From Acidobacteriaceae bacterium (GTDB taxonomy: Bacteria > Acidobacteriota > Terriglobia > Terriglobales > Acidobacteriaceae): a DNA stretch of 64,000 nucleotides. The stretch's first letter is position 1, and every line of letters begins with the position of its first letter. Shown here in pieces: positions 1-8,692 of the stretch. The notes under the pieces are model-generated. The model made no database searches and was not told the origin of the DNA. It worked only from the letters and a program-made list of their open reading frames with translations. Position numbers and translations under genes: made by a program. The stretch is taken from NCBI GenBank assembly GCA_036489655.1, contig DASXFH010000040.1:2806-66805 (forward strand), read 5' to 3'.

Positions 1-498
1 AGGCACGCGGCCGGCCAGCAACTCCGAAAGCACCTGATAGATGGTGTCCGCCGACGGGGGACAGCCGGGCACAAACACATCCACCGGCACCACCTCATGC
101 ACAGGCCGCACGCGATCCAGCAAAGCCGGCAAACCGACGGTCGGCGTCTGCCGGTCGGCGTCTTCGCCATAGACGCGCTTGAGGACGGGCAGCGGACCGT
201 ACATGTTGCGCATGGCCGAAACGTTGCCGGTCAGCGCGCAGTCGCCCAGGGAAACGAGGATCCGGGAATGCTCGCGAATCTTTCGAATCTTCTCCAGATC
301 CCCTTCGCTGGCGACCGCGCCCTCGACCAGCGTGACATCCACGCTGTCAGGGAATATCTTGCGATCGACCAGGGGGCTGTACACCAGGCGAAACTGGCTG
401 CTCAGCTCGATCAGCCGCTCATCCATATCGAGCAGCGACATGTGGCAGCCGGAACAGCCGTCCAGCCAGACCGTGGCCAGCGTCGTGAGTTCGCTCAT
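1..498 (-). CDS. hoxY: Hox-type (NAD-linked, bidirectional) [NiFe] hydrogenase small subunit HoxY; 5' part only, the gene continues past the left edge
   Basis: Not in the ORF track because there is no stop in the window. My translation of the minus strand from ATG 498..496 reads [45 protein letters not shown]... This is the CxxC-containing N-terminus typical of HoxY-type small subunits. The ATG overlaps the hoxU stop (ATGA at 495-498). Plus-strand ORFs 97..531 and 179..520 are antisense artefacts. Confidence 0.8.
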   Translation of the reverse strand, partial: MSELTTLATVWLDGCSGCHMSLLDMDERLIELSSQFRLVYSPLVDRKIFPDSVDVTLVEGAVASEGDLEKIRKIREHSRILVSLGDCALTGNVSAMRNMYGPLPVLKRVYGEDADRQTPTVGLPALLDRVRPVHEVVPVDVFVPGCPPSADTIYQVLSELLAGRVP

Positions 499-1217
499 GA
501 GGGCTCTCCTTCGCGCATAATCCGCAGATAGGGCAGAAATTCCGGATGCTTGCGCGACTTGCTGACGGCGCGGTTCTTTTCAAACAACGCGCCGGTCGGG
601 CACACCTGCACGCACTTGCCGCAGCTGGTGCAGGTCTCCGAGGCGCCCCAGGGCTCTTTCAGATCCGTGATCACCAGCGACTGCACGCCGCGGCCCATCA
701 CACCCCAGGTGTTCGCGCCTTCCACTTCCGAACAGACGCGCACGCATCGCGTGCACAGCACGCAGCGGTTGTGGTCCACCGTGAAGCGCGGGTGCGAAGC
801 ATCCACCGGCAGCTGCGGATATTGATAGGGAATCTCAACATGTGTCATGCCCAGCGACAGCGAGAGGCTCTGCAGCTCGCACCGCCCGTTCGCCACGCAG
901 ACGGAACAGACGTGGTTGCGCTCCGCGAAGAACAATTCCAGGATCATCGTCCGGTAGCGGTCGATTTTTGGAGAACGGGTAGCGACCTCCATTCCCTCTT
1001 CCACGCGGGTTACGCAGGCCGGCAACAGCCGCCGCGCGCCTTTCACCTCCACCAAACACAGCCGGCACGATCCCACGCTCGACAGCCCTTCGATATGGCA
1101 CAGCGTGGGAATCGGAATGTTGTGCTCGCGGGCTGCCTCCAGAAGGGTCTGGTCGGGACGAGCGCTCACGTCCACGCCGTCAATCGTCAGAGTACGAACG
1201 TTGGCTTCGGCGCTCAT
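495..1217 (-). CDS. hoxU: Hydrogenase diaphorase subunit HoxU (NuoG-N-terminal-like Fe-S protein)
   Basis: 2Fe-2S ferredoxin-like N-terminus ([21 protein letters not shown]) followed by 4Fe-4S Cys clusters ([23 protein letters not shown]). The internal ATG at 1217 ([14 protein letters not shown]) was chosen because it overlaps the hoxF stop as ATGA. The 50 upstream codons of ORF 495..1367 are Arg/Gly-rich read-through. Confidence 0.85.
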   Translation of the reverse strand: MSAEANVRTLTIDGVDVSARPDQTLLEAAREHNIPIPTLCHIEGLSSVGSCRLCLVEVKGARRLLPACVTRVEEGMEVATRSPKIDRYRTMILELFFAERNHVCSVCVANGRCELQSLSLSLGMTHVEIPYQYPQLPVDASHPRFTVDHNRCVLCTRCVRVCSEVEGANTWGVMGRGVQSLVITDLKEPWGASETCTSCGKCVQVCPTGALFEKNRAVSKSRKHPEFLPYLRIMREGEPS

Positions 1218-2866
1218 ACATGCACCTCCCCGGCGTCCACCGTCGCCGGACTGCATTCGCAGACACCTGCCGGACAGCGCTTGTCGTCGATGTGCGCCTG
1301 ATATTCGTGTTTGAAGTAGCGCAGGGTGCTCAGCACCGGATTGGGCGCCGTCTGCCCCAGTCCGCACAGGCTCGTTGCACCGACGACTTCACACAACTCC
1401 GTCAGCTGATCGAGGTCCCGATGGGTCGCCTCGCCTTTGCAGATCTTCGTCAGCAGGTTGTACATCTGCACCGTCCCTGCGCGGCACGGAATGCACTTGC
1501 CGCACGACTCCGTCATGCAGAACTCCATAAAGAAGCGGGCGACCGACACCATGCAGGAAGCATCGTCCATGACGATCATGCCGCCCGAACCCATCATGGA
1601 ACCGGCGCTGATGAGAGCGTCGTAGCTGATGGATAAATCCAGGTGCTCCTCGGGCAGACATCCGCCCGAGGGTCCGCCAGTCTGCACTGCCTTGAACTTT
1701 CTGCCGTCGGGAACGCCGCCGCCGATGCCGAAGATGATCTGCCGCAGCGTCATCCCCATGGGCACTTCCACCAGGCCGGTGCGCTGGATTTTGCCGGTCA
1801 GCGCAAAGACCTTCGTTCCCTTGCTGCGCGCCGTCCCCATGGAGGAAAACCACTCGCCCCCGTGCCGGACAATGGGCGCAACGTTGGCGAAGGTTTCCAC
1901 GTTATTGATCAGAGTGGGCGCTCCCCACAGTCCGGATACAGCCGGATAGGGTGGGCGAGGCCGTGGCGTCCCGCGCTTGCCTTCAATGGACGCGATCAGC
2001 GCGGTCTCTTCCCCACAGACAAAGGCTCCCGCTCCGAGGCGAATATCGATATCGAAATTGAACGTCGTCTCGCAGATGCTGTTCCCGAGGAAGCCACGCC
2101 GCCGCGCCTGCTGCAGCGCCACCGTCAGCCGCTGCACCGCCAGCGGGTACTCCGCGCGCACGTAGATGTAGCCCTTGCTGGCTCCGATGGCATACGCCGC
2201 GATGGCCATGCCCTCGATCACCCGCTGCGGATCGCTCTCGAGCACGCTGCGATCCATGAACGCGCCGGGATCGCCCTCGTCGCCATTGCAGATCACATAC
2301 TTCTGCGCGCCTTTGACCTTGGCGACCGTGTCCCACTTCAGCCCCGTGGGATAACCGCCGCCTCCGCGTCCTCGCAGCCCGCTCTTCGCGATCTGCTCGA
2401 TCACCGAGGCGGGATTCATGTCCGTGAGCGCCTTCACCAGCGCCTCATAGCCGCCGCGCGCCACGTACTCCTCAATCTTCTCCGGGTCGATGTGCCCGGA
2501 GTTTTCCAGCACCACATGATGCTGGCCCTCGAAGTAGCCGCCCAGATGAGGATCGAGGCGCGCCACCGGTTCCTGGCCCAGCGAGGCGACAATCTCTTTC
2601 GCGTCGACCTCATGCACATGTCCGTACCGCGTCTCGCCCGGCTCCACCAGCACCAGAGGCCCGGCAGCGCAAAGCCCCATGCACCCGGTACGGCGCACGT
2701 GGCACTTCTTTCCGGAGCCTTCCGCTTCTTTCTCGATGGCCGCTTTCACGCGATCGCTGTGCTGCGAGAGGCAGCCGGTCCCCATGCAAACGTTCACCTG
2801 GTACTCGTACTGCTCCCGCTCTTCTGCCTGCGCGGCGGCAATCTGCTCCAGCTCCTCGGCGTTCAT
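1214..2866 (-). CDS. hoxF: Hydrogenase diaphorase subunit HoxF (NuoF-like NAD(H)/FMN-binding subunit)
   Basis: Carries [16 protein letters not shown] (NADH/FMN site) and [10 protein letters not shown] (4Fe-4S). The N-terminus has a thioredoxin-like 2Fe-2S module (CMGTGC ... CMGLC). Start set at ATG 2866 (MNAEEL), which overlaps the hoxE stop as ATGA. Confidence 0.9.
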   Translation of the reverse strand: MNAEELEQIAAAQAEEREQYEYQVNVCMGTGCLSQHSDRVKAAIEKEAEGSGKKCHVRRTGCMGLCAAGPLVLVEPGETRYGHVHEVDAKEIVASLGQEPVARLDPHLGGYFEGQHHVVLENSGHIDPEKIEEYVARGGYEALVKALTDMNPASVIEQIAKSGLRGRGGGGYPTGLKWDTVAKVKGAQKYVICNGDEGDPGAFMDRSVLESDPQRVIEGMAIAAYAIGASKGYIYVRAEYPLAVQRLTVALQQARRRGFLGNSICETTFNFDIDIRLGAGAFVCGEETALIASIEGKRGTPRPRPPYPAVSGLWGAPTLINNVETFANVAPIVRHGGEWFSSMGTARSKGTKVFALTGKIQRTGLVEVPMGMTLRQIIFGIGGGVPDGRKFKAVQTGGPSGGCLPEEHLDLSISYDALISAGSMMGSGGMIVMDDASCMVSVARFFMEFCMTESCGKCIPCRAGTVQMYNLLTKICKGEATHRDLDQLTELCEVVGATSLCGLGQTAPNPVLSTLRYFKHEYQAHIDDKRCPAGVCECSPATVDAGEVHV

Positions 2867-3363
2867 TGCTGGGTCCACCTTTCCAGATGCTGCGCCAGCT
2901 GCGGTCCTTCCATCTGTCCGGAAAGTTCGCCGTCCAGCAGCACAACCGGGGCGCGCCCGCAGGCGCCCACGCAGCGCGCCGTCGTGAACGAGACCTCGCC
3001 GTCCGGTGTCGTCTGCCCCGGATGGATATGCAGAAGCTTCTCCGTCTGCGCGACCAGTTTGTCCGATCCTTTGATGTAGCAGGCCGTCCCGGTGCAGACG
3101 GTACAGGTGTGTTTACCCGGCGGCTTCAGGCTGAAGAAGTGGTAGAACGTCACCACCCCATACGCCTGGCTCAGCGGCACGCGCAGCGACTGCGCCACAA
3201 ACTTGATCGATGGCTCGTCGAGATAGCCAAACGAGGACTGCACGGTATGCAGCGTCTCAATCAACGCATTCCGGGAATAGCCGTGCTTGCGCATCGTGCC
3301 ATTCACAATTCTCCAGCGTTTGTCTTCGGAGGGCAGAGGCGGACGTTCTGCATACAGCGGCAT
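2863..3363 (-). CDS. hoxE: Hydrogenase diaphorase subunit HoxE (NuoE-like 2Fe-2S protein)
   Basis: NuoE/HoxE Cys pattern: CTVCTGTACYIKG ... CVGACGRAP. It is the first gene of the E-F-U-Y series. Confidence 0.85.
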   Translation of the reverse strand: MPLYAERPPLPSEDKRWRIVNGTMRKHGYSRNALIETLHTVQSSFGYLDEPSIKFVAQSLRVPLSQAYGVVTFYHFFSLKPPGKHTCTVCTGTACYIKGSDKLVAQTEKLLHIHPGQTTPDGEVSFTTARCVGACGRAPVVLLDGELSGQMEGPQLAQHLERWTQQ

Positions 3364-3603
3364 GTTGGACCTCCGCCGGCCGCCGCCCCTGATCGTGGCG
3401 GCTCGGCTTCCCTTCCGCTCGCCGCCGGCTCAAAATAAGCAGCCGAACAGGGCGAAAGGATGCTCGGCGCGCCCCTCCGGAGGCGAGGTTCCCGTGCGTG
3501 AAAGTCCCGGAGTTGGCACGCTCTTCAGGTATAGGTTGCAGGGCGAAGGCAAGGTTTGTCGGTGACAATCATCACTGGAGGCAAGAGGGAAATATGGTTG
3601 GTT

Positions 3604-4518
3604 TCATTTTGAACCGTGGAAATCTCGCCCTCTGAGGAACTTATCGGGTACCGCCAGCTCGATGGCCTGGAGGCGCTCCGGATCGCCGATCACCTCCAAA
3701 CCTGCGATGCGTCCTTCCCCAAAGGTGAACCGCAGGACGCGGAACAAACGCCCGTGCGGCGCCACCACCAGTCCCACCCTCCCGTCCACCAGCGCCAGGC
3801 GCGCCAGACGTGCACCCTTCGCCGCCTGAATCGCCTCCTTCGCCCAGGCTTCGGCGCCGTGCACCGCCGGCAGTCCACGCGGCGCCGTGGCTGCGTCAGC
3901 CTGTACGCTGAACTCCGGAGTCATCAGCGCCACCAGCGCTTTCGCGTCACCGGCCCGCAGTGCGGCGAGAAACCCTTCTACCAGCGAGCGCTGCTCCCTG
4001 ATCTGGCCTTCGGGAACATTCGACACTCCACGAACGCGACGTCGCGCCCGGCTCGCCAGCTGTCGCACCGATTCCGGCGTGCGTCCCGCGATGCGCGCGA
4101 TCTCCTCGAACGGCACATCGAACACGTCGTGCAGGACAAAGGCTAGTCGCTCTGCGGGATTCAGCCGATCCAGCACCACCAGCGTTGCCAATCCGACCGA
4201 GTCCGCCAGCATCGCTTCCTGTTCCGGATCAATCCGGCCGTGTGCGGTGGCCGCTGCTTCGGATCCCGGCGTCTCCAGCGACTCTTCCCGGCGCGACTTG
4301 CGCGAGCGCAGCATGTCGAGGCATACATGCGCCACCACTGTCGTCAGCCAGCCGCGCAGGTTCTCCACGCCTTCAGCGCCCGAGCGGCTCAACCGCAGCC
4401 AGCCTTCCTGCACCGCATCTTCCGCTTCGCTCAGCGAGCCGAGCAGACGATAGGCAACCCCCTGCAGGTGGGCCCGGTTCTCCTCGAAGCGGTCTGCCAG
4501 CCATTCATGCTCGTTCAT
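3604..4518 (-). CDS. ECF sigma factor with fused SnoaL-like C-terminal domain (ECF41 / SigJ-like)
   Basis: Sigma-70 region 2 (EDAVQEGWLRL, WLTTVVAHVCLDMLR) and region 4 (FEEIARIAGRTPESVRQLASRARRRV), plus an extension of about 100 aa (LVEGFLAALRAGDAKALVALMTPEF...). No anti-sigma gene is adjacent. Start at MNEHEW (ATG 4518) overlaps the doxX-like stop. Confidence 0.85.
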   Translation of the reverse strand: MNEHEWLADRFEENRAHLQGVAYRLLGSLSEAEDAVQEGWLRLSRSGAEGVENLRGWLTTVVAHVCLDMLRSRKSRREESLETPGSEAAATAHGRIDPEQEAMLADSVGLATLVVLDRLNPAERLAFVLHDVFDVPFEEIARIAGRTPESVRQLASRARRRVRGVSNVPEGQIREQRSLVEGFLAALRAGDAKALVALMTPEFSVQADAATAPRGLPAVHGAEAWAKEAIQAAKGARLARLALVDGRVGLVVAPHGRLFRVLRFTFGEGRIAGLEVIGDPERLQAIELAVPDKFLRGRDFHGSK

Positions 4519-4916
4519 GATGCCTCCTGCGCTTTGGGCTCGTCCGCAGCAGCGCCACATCGGCGGCTCGCCGGCCGCAGCCACCAGGAAATCACCGCCA
4601 GAGCCGCGGTCAGGAGAGTCACGATGACCTCCGGACCCCCGCCACGCGCCCTATGCGAGACCGCCGCGCCCGTCATCTCAAAGAACACTCCTGCATAGGC
4701 CCATTCTTTTAGCAGCGGGAAACGAGGCGCCAGCAGCGCCGGCACGGCCAGCAGCTTCCACACGCCCACAATCGTCAGGATGTAAACCGGATAGCCGATC
4801 TGCGTCACAACGGCAACGACGTGACTCGTCCGCGCGACATCCCAGACTCCTCCCGTCAGCAGTTCCGCCGCCAGCAGTCCCGTGACGATCCAATACCCGA
4901 CTGTCCTCGCTCGCAT
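4515..4916 (-). CDS. DoxX-family small integral membrane protein
   Basis: Only the last 133 codons of ORF 4515..5501 look real (MRARTVGYWIVTGLLAAELLTGGVWD...; several hydrophobic helices). RBS GGAGGAGG lies 8 nt upstream of ATG 4916. The stop overlaps the sigma ATG. Confidence 0.7.
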   Translation of the reverse strand: MRARTVGYWIVTGLLAAELLTGGVWDVARTSHVVAVVTQIGYPVYILTIVGVWKLLAVPALLAPRFPLLKEWAYAGVFFEMTGAAVSHRARGGGPEVIVTLLTAALAVISWWLRPASRRCGAAADEPKAQEAS

Positions 4917-4972
4917 CGTGACCGCCTCCTCCGAACTCTCCGGACCCCACTCTCGGAATTCCCCATCGCCCC

Positions 4973-4999
4973 TGTCACATCCGGCTTCGGGCTCCCGTC
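4973..4999 (+). promoter_or_regulatory. ECF41-type promoter (TGTCACA-N16-CGTC) reading toward the CMD/AhpD-like gene
   Basis: Exact TGTCACA at 4973-4979, a 16-nt spacer, and CGTC at 4996-4999. The CMD start codon (5047, RBS AAGGAGA) is about 40 nt downstream of the predicted TSS. Confidence 0.7.
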
Positions 5000-5007
5000 C
5001 TATGAGT

Positions 5008-5034
5008 GACGGACGAAATAACCCGAATGTGACA
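5008..5034 (-). promoter_or_regulatory. Second ECF41-type promoter (TGTCACA-N16-CGTC) on the minus strand, reading toward doxX-sigma
   Basis: On the minus strand: TGTCACA at 5034-5028, a 16-nt spacer (ttcgggttatttcgtc), and CGTC at 5011-5008. Its -10 element is only 8 bp from the -10 element of the plus-strand promoter. Confidence 0.65.
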
Positions 5035-5046
5035 AGGAGACACACC

Positions 5047-5556
5047 ATGCAGGCACGGATGAAGAACCCCGTCATGATTTTCCCCAGAGCGATGCAGGCA
5101 ATGCTCGCCTTCAATGCGTCCACGGAACAGAGCGGGCTGCCCAAATCCACCGTCAAACTCGTCCAGCTGCGCGTCAGCCAGATCAACGGCTGCAGCGTCT
5201 GCGTGGACATGCATGCCCGCGAACTACGCCAGGATGGCGAGAGCGACGATCGTCTTTTCGCCGTCGCCGCCTGGCGTGACGCCCCGTATTTCACCGATGC
5301 GGAACGCGCGGCTCTCGCCCTCGCTGAAGCGGTCACCCGTCTCAGCGACCGGCCCGACCCTGTTCCGGATGACATCTGGGAGGAAGCCGCTCGCCAGTAC
5401 GATGAGAAGCTCCTGGCCGCTCTGCTGTTGAGCATCGCCGCCATCAATGTCTGGAACCGCCTGAACGTCCCCATACGCCAGGTCGCCGGCGACTGGACCA
5501 AGAACGCGGAAGCGAAGGAGTGGATGGAGAAACACGTCTTCGCGCAGACGGCCTGA
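5047..5556 (+). CDS. Carboxymuconolactone decarboxylase (CMD) / AhpD-like family protein
   Basis: AhpD-like CxxC motif (SQINGCSVCVDMHARE). RBS AAGGAGA lies 6 nt upstream of ATG 5047. The longer ORF 4882..5556 has no support upstream. Confidence 0.8.
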   Translation: MQARMKNPVMIFPRAMQAMLAFNASTEQSGLPKSTVKLVQLRVSQINGCSVCVDMHARELRQDGESDDRLFAVAAWRDAPYFTDAERAALALAEAVTRLSDRPDPVPDDIWEEAARQYDEKLLAALLLSIAAINVWNRLNVPIRQVAGDWTKNAEAKEWMEKHVFAQTA

Positions 5557-5654
5557 GCGACTTATCTCGAAGCGGGGCGCCGATGCCGGTGCCCCCACGT
5601 CCCACCCCCTGTGCATAGCTCCGTGTCTGGCGCGATGCGCGTCCGCCTCAACGG

Positions 5655-6107
5655 CTAGTTGCCGATGTCTTCGGCCCAGATCTCCGGATGCTCGCGAATG
5701 AAGCTCCCCAGCAGATTCACGCATTCCCGTGAATCGAGATCGATCACCTCGACCCCCAGGCCGCGCAGCCACTCGATCCCGCCCTGAAACGTCCGGCTCT
5801 CGCCCACGATCACGGTGCGGAATCCAAACTGCCGGATCAGTCCGCTGCAGTACCAGCAAGGCGCCAGCGTCGTCACCATCGCCAGGTCGCGATACGATCG
5901 CTGCCGTCCGGCACTGCGGAAAGCATCCGTCTCCCCGTGCGCGGAAGGATCGCCATCCTGTACGCGTCGATTGTGCCCGGAGCCCAGCAACTCTCCGGCA
6001 CGGGTGAAGATCGCCGCCCCAATGGGAATCCCGCCCTCCGCCAGGCCGGCACGCGCCTCGCGCACCGCCGTTTCGAGCATGGCCTTCGGATCGAAAACCC
6101 GTTCCAT
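5655..6107 (-). CDS. CMP/dCMP-type zinc deaminase (nucleoside/cytosine/guanine deaminase family)
   Basis: Zinc motifs H-x-E (SAHGETDA) and PCxxC (LAPCWYC). Start chosen at MERVFDP (ATG 6107), giving the 150 aa typical of this family. Confidence 0.75.
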   Translation of the reverse strand: MERVFDPKAMLETAVREARAGLAEGGIPIGAAIFTRAGELLGSGHNRRVQDGDPSAHGETDAFRSAGRQRSYRDLAMVTTLAPCWYCSGLIRQFGFRTVIVGESRTFQGGIEWLRGLGVEVIDLDSRECVNLLGSFIREHPEIWAEDIGN

Positions 6108-6216
6108 GGGAACCCACCTTAGCAGTTCTGGCGGGTGCGCGAGCGGACCAGGCAGCGTACTCTGAGCAAAGAGCATCCACCTGCTTTTGCCGTTCACGTT
6201 TTTTTGCGGAGAAATC

Positions 6217-6408
6217 ATGACCCCCACGGGACCCTCAGAGCATGATGCCGACCTGAACAAAGGCGCCATCGAAGACGATCCGAAGTCTCATCCCGGCGAA
6301 GCCCACAATCGCCTCGCCAATCAACTCCCCCATCGCGACAGCAACGACGAAATCAAGGACAACGACTCCGACTTTCCCGAGCCCGGCTCCAGTCCCGAGC
6401 ATTCGTGA
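6217..6408 (+). CDS. Small acidic hypothetical protein (63 aa)
   Basis: RBS GGAGA lies 4 nt before ATG 6217 and third-position GC is high throughout. The sequence is Asp/Glu/Pro-rich with no recognisable family. Confidence 0.4.
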   Translation: MTPTGPSEHDADLNKGAIEDDPKSHPGEAHNRLANQLPHRDSNDEIKDNDSDFPEPGSSPEHS

Positions 6409-6538
6409 TATCGAGGACTGAGCGGATGGTTTTCCCGTATCGCTGAGCCGCTCTCCTGGCTTGCTACCGGCGACGGGCTAACGGCTACGAGTTACCTGCT
6501 CTCTGTACCCTGTTCGCTGTCCCCTGTACCCTGCTTTT

Positions 6539-7171
6539 ATGCTGGTGCTGGCTTCTGCTTCCCCCCGCCGCCGCGACCTTCTCACTCAGGCGGGCTTTGC
6601 CTTCGAGGTCCTCACCGCCTCTGTCAATGAAGACGTTCGCCAAGGGGAGCGCCCCATCGGCTATGTACTCCGCCTGGCCCGCGAAAAAGCGGAAAGGGTC
6701 GCCGAGTCTCCCGCTTTCCAGACGCTGGCCCAGCGCAGCCCCGATCCGCCCCTCCTTCTCGGCGCGGATACGACGGTCGTCGCGCCCAATGGTGAGATCC
6801 TGGGCAAGCCGCAAAGTGATGCCGACGCCGCCCGTATGCTCCGCCTTCTCGCCGGCGCCACGCATCAGGTCGTCACCGGTGTGGCCCTCCTCGTCCCGCA
6901 CGCCGGCATTGCCGAAGTCGCGGCGGAGGTCACGCACGTGACCATGCTCACGCCCAGCGACGAGGACATCGCTCGCTACATCGCCACCGGCGAGCCCCAC
7001 GGCAAAGCCGGAGCCTACGCCATCCAGGGCCGCGCCGCTCGCTGGATTCCCCGCGTCCACGGCTGCTATTTCAATGTCGTTGGATTGCCGCTGGCGCTGG
7101 TAACCACCATGATTGAAGCCGTCGAGGTCCGCCTGCGTTCCGGCGTTACCTCGCAGGTTGTCGTCCCCTGA
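6539..7171 (+). CDS. maf: Maf-like nucleoside triphosphate pyrophosphatase (septum formation protein Maf)
   Basis: N-terminal MLVLASASPRRRDLL and C-terminal GKAGAYAIQG motifs. Confidence 0.85.
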   Translation: MLVLASASPRRRDLLTQAGFAFEVLTASVNEDVRQGERPIGYVLRLAREKAERVAESPAFQTLAQRSPDPPLLLGADTTVVAPNGEILGKPQSDADAARMLRLLAGATHQVVTGVALLVPHAGIAEVAAEVTHVTMLTPSDEDIARYIATGEPHGKAGAYAIQGRAARWIPRVHGCYFNVVGLPLALVTTMIEAVEVRLRSGVTSQVVVP

Positions 7172-7227
7172 ACCTGCTTCACTTCAGTACTCCTGGCCGA
7201 GTTAGCGGCTGTCTGGACGGCAAATCC

Positions 7228-7383
7228 TCAACTCGCCCGGAACTGTTCGCCATCTTTCTCTGGTTCCTGCGCCCCGATGACATGCTCCGATGTGGGCGGT
7301 ACCTCCGGTCGTCCCTTGACCACCAGACCCAGGACAACCGCCAGACTCACTGCCAGCAACCCGATCTCCATCAGCTTCAGCAT
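7228..7383 (-). CDS. Small single-pass membrane protein (51 aa), hypothetical
   Basis: Below the ORF-track size cut-off. My translation: MLKLMEIGLLAVSLAVVLGLVVKGRPEVPPTSEHVIGAQEPEKDGEQFRAS. RBS AAGGA is upstream, and the start lies 19 nt after the peptidase stop. Confidence 0.3.
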   Translation of the reverse strand: MLKLMEIGLLAVSLAVVLGLVVKGRPEVPPTSEHVIGAQEPEKDGEQFRAS

Positions 7384-7401
7384 CGAGCCATCCTTTCGCA
7401 C

Positions 7402-8532
7402 TCAGGCCGTGCGGATCATCTCCGCCAGCAGTGCTGTCCGCGACACCAGATCTTTCAACAGCACGGATTCATGAGATGCGTGGGCTCCTTCGCCCACCGC
7501 CCCCATGCCGTCCAGAGTAGGAACCCCCATCGCTGCGGTAAAGTTTCCATCCGATCCGCCCCCCGTCGCAGCTTCTTCCAGCCGAAATCCCAAACCCTCG
7601 GCCAGCTTCTGCGCCCGATGAAAAAGCCCCACCGTGGCCCGGCTTCGTTCCATCGGCGGCCGATTCATTCCGCCTTCCACTTCGAGGACGCAGCGCCGGT
7701 CCCGAACGCGCAGGGAGCGAAACCGCTTCTCAATCCGCGCCGCGTCCTTCGCCCGCGCAATCCTTACGTCCACTTCGGCCTCGGCCTCCGCGGCCACCAC
7801 GTTCGTCCGCGTTCCTCCCCGGATCACTCCCGGATTCACCGTGAGTCCCCGATCCAGCTCGGTAAAGGTCCGAATCGTCTCCAGCTGATGCGCCAGCTCG
7901 TGGATGGCGCTGTGCCCACGCGCGAAATCCACGCCGGCATGCGCCGCCACGCCCTTCACCCGCACCGTATAATCGCCCACTCCCTTGCGCGCCGTCTTGT
8001 AAGCGCCGTCCAGCCCCTGCGCCGGCTCCAGCACGAAAACCGCCGCGCACTCCCGAGCCAGCTTCTCGGTGATGGATCGCGATACGGGGCTCCCGACCTC
8101 TTCGTCACTGTTCAGCAACATGACGATTGGACGATGCTCGGCTTCGATCGTGCGCAAAATATCGAGAGCGGTCATCGCCATCGCTATTCCGGCCTTCATG
8201 TCCAGCGTTCCCGGACCCCAGACGCGCCCGTCCGCGATCCGAAACGGCATCTTCGCCAGCGTCCCCAGAGGCCACACCGTGTCCAGATGCCCCAGCAGCA
8301 TCAGCGGCGCATCCTGCGTCTTCGCTCCTCCGCTCGGGCCAAACCGCAGTTCCAGCACATCGCCAAACGCCCGCTGCCTGTGCCGCCGCACCCGGGCTCC
8401 CAGCTTCGCGGCCATTCCTGCCACCGTTTCGGTGCACCCCTCAACAGCCCGCTTATTGTCGCTGGGCGACTCCAGGGAAACCAGCTGACGAATCCGTTCG
8501 ATCAACTTGGCCTCTCGCTCTTTGCAAGCCAT
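7402..8532 (-). CDS. M20-family metallopeptidase (glutamate carboxypeptidase / CPG2-like)
   Basis: Motifs LLGHLDTVWP, LLNSDEEVGS, KGVAAHAG and ATGGGSDGNF. Start chosen at MACKEREAKLIE (ATG 8532). Confidence 0.8.
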   Translation of the reverse strand: MACKEREAKLIERIRQLVSLESPSDNKRAVEGCTETVAGMAAKLGARVRRHRQRAFGDVLELRFGPSGGAKTQDAPLMLLGHLDTVWPLGTLAKMPFRIADGRVWGPGTLDMKAGIAMAMTALDILRTIEAEHRPIVMLLNSDEEVGSPVSRSITEKLARECAAVFVLEPAQGLDGAYKTARKGVGDYTVRVKGVAAHAGVDFARGHSAIHELAHQLETIRTFTELDRGLTVNPGVIRGGTRTNVVAAEAEAEVDVRIARAKDAARIEKRFRSLRVRDRRCVLEVEGGMNRPPMERSRATVGLFHRAQKLAEGLGFRLEEAATGGGSDGNFTAAMGVPTLDGMGAVGEGAHASHESVLLKDLVSRTALLAEMIRTA

Positions 8533-8692
8533 CAGCAGCTGGTTTTGATCGTATGCTTTTCTATTTATTGACCTTACCTGCAAAATGAATCTCCTTTGGT
8601 ACCGTGACTTTTGGTATCCCTTGTGTGGCAAATTTACAACACTACAACTTCTCTCCTGCCGCTGTAATCTAGGGGTTCATCGAGGCGAACGC

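Noticed and set aside
1643-3079. Long ORFs antisense to clear genes. Examples are 1643..3079 +, 7282..8571 +, 17637..19511 +, 19797..21521 +, 27284..28492 -, 28868..30013 - and 52447..53718 +.
   Set aside because: They are Arg/Pro/Gly/His-rich with no family signatures, and each lies fully opposite a gene with strong motif support. This is the usual stop-codon-poor antisense artefact of high-GC DNA.
3514-3519. Sigma-54-like TGGCAC elements at 3514-3519 and at 25462-25467.
   Set aside because: Neither has a TTGC element at the required spacing, and neither has an appropriately oriented downstream gene.
4917-5501. The N-terminal ~195 codons of ORF 4515..5501 (minus strand) as part of the DoxX protein.
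   Set aside because: This stretch overlaps the well-supported CMD gene on the other strand and both ECF41 promoters. The RBS and hydrophobic profile support a start at 4916.
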